DNA of 64,000 bases, from contig OZ024741.1 in assembly GCA_964016885.1 (NCBI GenBank), forward strand, positions 326,864,001-326,928,000. The letters are read 5' to 3'. Shown here piece by piece: positions 60,796-64,000 of this stretch (positions within the stretch are counted from its first letter, which is position 1; each line of letters opens with the position of its first letter). The stretch comes from Eledone cirrhosa. Lineage: Eukaryota. The notes beneath the pieces were generated by a model. The model was not told where the DNA came from and made no database searches. It saw only the letters and a list, made by a program, of their open reading frames with translations. Made by a program: the position numbers and the translations under genes.

Positions 60796-60847
<52 letters not shown>

Positions 60848-61685
60848 CAGGTAAATAAGCATATATATATATATGTGTGTAAGTATACATACATATATAT
60901 ATGTGTGTGTAAGTATACATACATATATATATAGTTTAAGTGTGTATCTATACATACATGCACACATATATATACACACATACATACATGTATACATACA
61001 TCCTACATAAAACGACACATATTTCTTAGGCTAAATACCTGCTCTTTCTCTCCCCATCATAAACTACTAATTTTTCTTTCTTTCTTAAAGAGTGAAGCTC
61101 AGGTGTTAGTGGTTTGTTTTGATAACGGAAACAATTCTCAGACTTATTGAAAAAGATTCGATTAAAGCAGAGCTCTGTAATTCGATAATTTAAGTTGGGA
61201 AGTAATTCTGTCACTTCTATGCACAACTGTAAATACACGTACGTATGTGTTTGTGAGACATGCCGTTTCGTGGTTTACACTTTTCATACCAGCCGTAGAG
61301 AATATTTTTCATTTCAAGAAAAGAAACCACTCACTTTAATTTGATATAATATTAATATGTGAAGTTACTGTTTTAGTATAATAAATAATTTTAATAGATT
61401 CCTCGAACTTCGTTAAATTATTAGATACTAAGCATTTTATTAGAAATACGGTCATGATGGTTAGGTCGTATACACACATATATACATACACATACATGCA
61501 CACACACGCACGCACACACACGCACACACACACACACATTCATATATATATATATACGGTGGGTTGTGTAGATACTTTTAGTTGCACGTAAACGCTGGTA
61601 GTGTTACATAATTGATCAATTCTTAGTAAGCTAGAAACTAAAGGTGAGATGGGTGAGAGAACTATAGGGAGCTGGAAAGATAAAA

Positions 61686-61726
<41 letters not shown>

Positions 61727-62229
61727 AGAGGGAGAGAGAGCGAGAGAGAGACAGTAAATTTCGCCCGAATGAGAACAGGGTATTCAAGTAACTTTCTCTG
61801 TTTTTCCTAACAATTATACACCGGATGTTGTCACCCTGTTCATGCGTAACCTGGCCACGGAAATGTGCAAATGTTTCACAATAATAAAATCTAAGGAATA
61901 TAAGCTGTACGCCCCCCCCCCCCCGTCATTTAACCCTATAATATAATTCAACTCCGTTCCCGCACCACCAACATGATTCAACATTGGAGATGGATGAGTT
62001 GCTAACGTCGAGTGGTTTTGTAATATTACATTATGGTTTATTTCGAGGAAAGACCAATTCTACCCAGTGGTGAAACATCAAATTTAATCGTATATTTATA
62101 TATATATATATATGAATGTATGTATAGTATATTTGGCAACATACTGTATGTTTAATTATAAACATTTAGAAGGCCTATCCCAACTCCCCCACCCCTATAA
62201 ACACCACCCTCTTTCTCTGTAAACTATGT

Positions 62230-62492
62230 TGGTAACACAACATCCAGTCCTAAATAAATGAGGTCGTGTAGGTGTCACGACAAAAAAAACAGTCCACGCT
62301 GTAATATGGCCGTGTAGGTAACACGGTAAAAACCTCCCAGTCCACACTGTAAACGTGGTTGGTGTTAGGAAGGGCATGCAGCCGTAGAAAACCTGCCAGA
62401 TAGTCCCATACGAGCGAGACTCCAATCATCCCTCAAGTCGGACAATTCTCGTCTAAACCCATGCTAGCGTGGAAGATAGACGTTAAATGATA

Positions 62493-62525
<33 letters not shown>
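62230..62525 (+). mobile_element. RTE 3' UTR/tail fragment ending in (GAT)n
   Basis: Reverse-complement similarity to 14064-14330 (actgtaaa...ggttggtgtta..aagggcat.cagc.gtagaaa...aacccatgctagcgtggaa...gacgt). Confidence 0.75.
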
Positions 62526-62944
62526 TTGAATCGCTATGAGTTTTAAAGTAGTGACTATGTCACTTACTTATTCTCGCCAAAAACACCAGAGAGCGACCAA
62601 CAGACAGTCTGCTTCTCGTTTGTGAGCATTTATCAAGACCGCACTCTCAGTTGCCTTCGCCTAAAGTAAGCACATCATGGCTTATTGTGTAAAAGGTTCG
62701 ACTCGTAATCCAAATGTCCTAGGCTCAATCGCAATGTTAGGTATCTTGAATCCGTGTCACTTATAAAACCACAGTTCTACACATATGGTGTGAGTGAAAT
62801 TGATTGGACAGTCTTACAGGTTTGTTTAATGATAAGTGTATTCCTTTGCTTGAATAAATGGGACAATCATCGTCGTAAACGTCAGAGGTTAATCTTTCAT
62901 TTTCTGTTTTCTTTTTTTTGCATATACAAATACACAAACACTTG

Positions 62945-63142
62945 TGGATTGGCAGTATCGGTAGAGGGTCAGACACCATGCTTTCCAGCATAGTTACGTC
63001 CCTTTACGATCTGAGTTCAAATTCCGCCGAGGTTGACTTTGCCTTTCATCCTTACGGGGTCGATAAAATAAAGTACCAGTAATGCACTGGGATAATTGAT
63101 GGCCTTGTGCCAAAAGTAGAAACAATTATTATTATTATTATT
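62945..63142 (+). mobile_element. tRNA-derived SINE (cephalopod-type) with (ATT)n tail
   Basis: A box tggcagtatcgg, B box gagttcaaattcc, core gaggttgactttgcctttcatcc...ggggtcgataaaataaagtaccag, (ATT)n tail. Confidence 0.8.
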
Positions 63143-63315
63143 ATAGGCAGTCCACTTAGATGTAGTCCAGTTAGAGTACTCCGTGTAGTGGATAGTATTA
63201 ACGTGTGGCTTAGTTTGACTCAACAAGACGTTTCCAAAGTGATGCTGCGTGTTCGCGGTGATGTCTATGTAGTTTATACTTGGAGTAATAATGATTCAAG
63301 AAATAAGAGTGACAT

Positions 63316-64000
63316 GGTTCGCTATACAATAAGGACCCTAATACATAAAATAATTTCATTCGACGTGAACTACATAAAAAATACAAAAAAACAAATGAAT
63401 CTACACTCACTAGCATTAATAAGGAAGATCTTAGCATAGTAAGCAAACTCGAAATATCCGACAGAACCGAACCTCTAACCCCTTGCAACCCCACATTTAA
63501 CGTTAAGGATCACAAAAATAATTTTAAAACAAACCCTACTATTAGATTAATATGCCCATCCGTCTCTGATATAGGTAAAATTAGCAAGAATATTCTAGAT
63601 AGGGTAGAAATCAATTTATGGGGTAACACTAATGAAGCAATTGAATGTCTCAATAGAATAAGAAATAGAGAAGCATGCAACTTCATACAATTTGACATAA
63701 ATGATTACTACGCATCCATATCTCCAGCCACCCTAGATAAAGCGCCTATATTTGCCCAAAATAACTCGGACCTTACACCAGATGAAATTAAAATAATACT
63801 AGCTGCTAGAAGGACTATCATAACATTTGAAAATAGCTACTGGGAAAGAAAAAATAGGATGAACAGCTTCGATATCACAATGGGATCGAACGATTCAGCG
63901 CAAATAACTGATGTTGTGGCGGATATTTATAGCACACAACCTACATAAAGAATTTAATAACCTCCAAGGAGGGATTTATAGAGATGACACGCTCCTTATA
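63316..64000 (+). pseudogene. Naiad-type PLE reverse transcriptase fragment (continues beyond the window)
   Basis: Frame +1: KLEISDRTE...VKDHKNNFKTNPTIRLICPSVSDIGKISKNILD...FIQFDINDYYASIS...FDITMGSNDSAQITDVV; after a frameshift GGIYRDDTLL; stop at 63346. Confidence 0.85.

Overview
AT-rich, (TA)n/(CA)n/(GA)n microsatellite-saturated eukaryotic DNA with no recognisable host protein-coding gene. The SINE and microsatellite content resembles Octopus/coleoid cephalopod genomes (inference). The window is almost entirely transposon-derived: CRE-like, RTE and Gypsy fragments, tRNA-derived SINEs, and above all Penelope-like elements (PLEs). These include one near-intact ~4.4 kb PLE (RT + GIY-YIG, direct pseudo-LTRs, one in-frame TAA), Neptune-type and Naiad-type fragments, and many short non-coding units. 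Reading by eye, I find about 15-17 unrelated type-I hammerhead ribozyme (HHR) families in more than 25 copies, including U3:A8-covariant, U4C and U4A core variants. They sit in short non-coding modules (about 320-710 nt) that occur as tandem or terminally redundant monomers and as head-to-head foldbacks whose 3' ends always point outward, usually into (TA)n tracts. The most interesting candidate system is this population of microsatellite-associated, PLE-mobilised, retrozyme-like elements that may produce self-cleaved or circular RNAs. All ribozyme calls are manual structure assignments and have not been tested.
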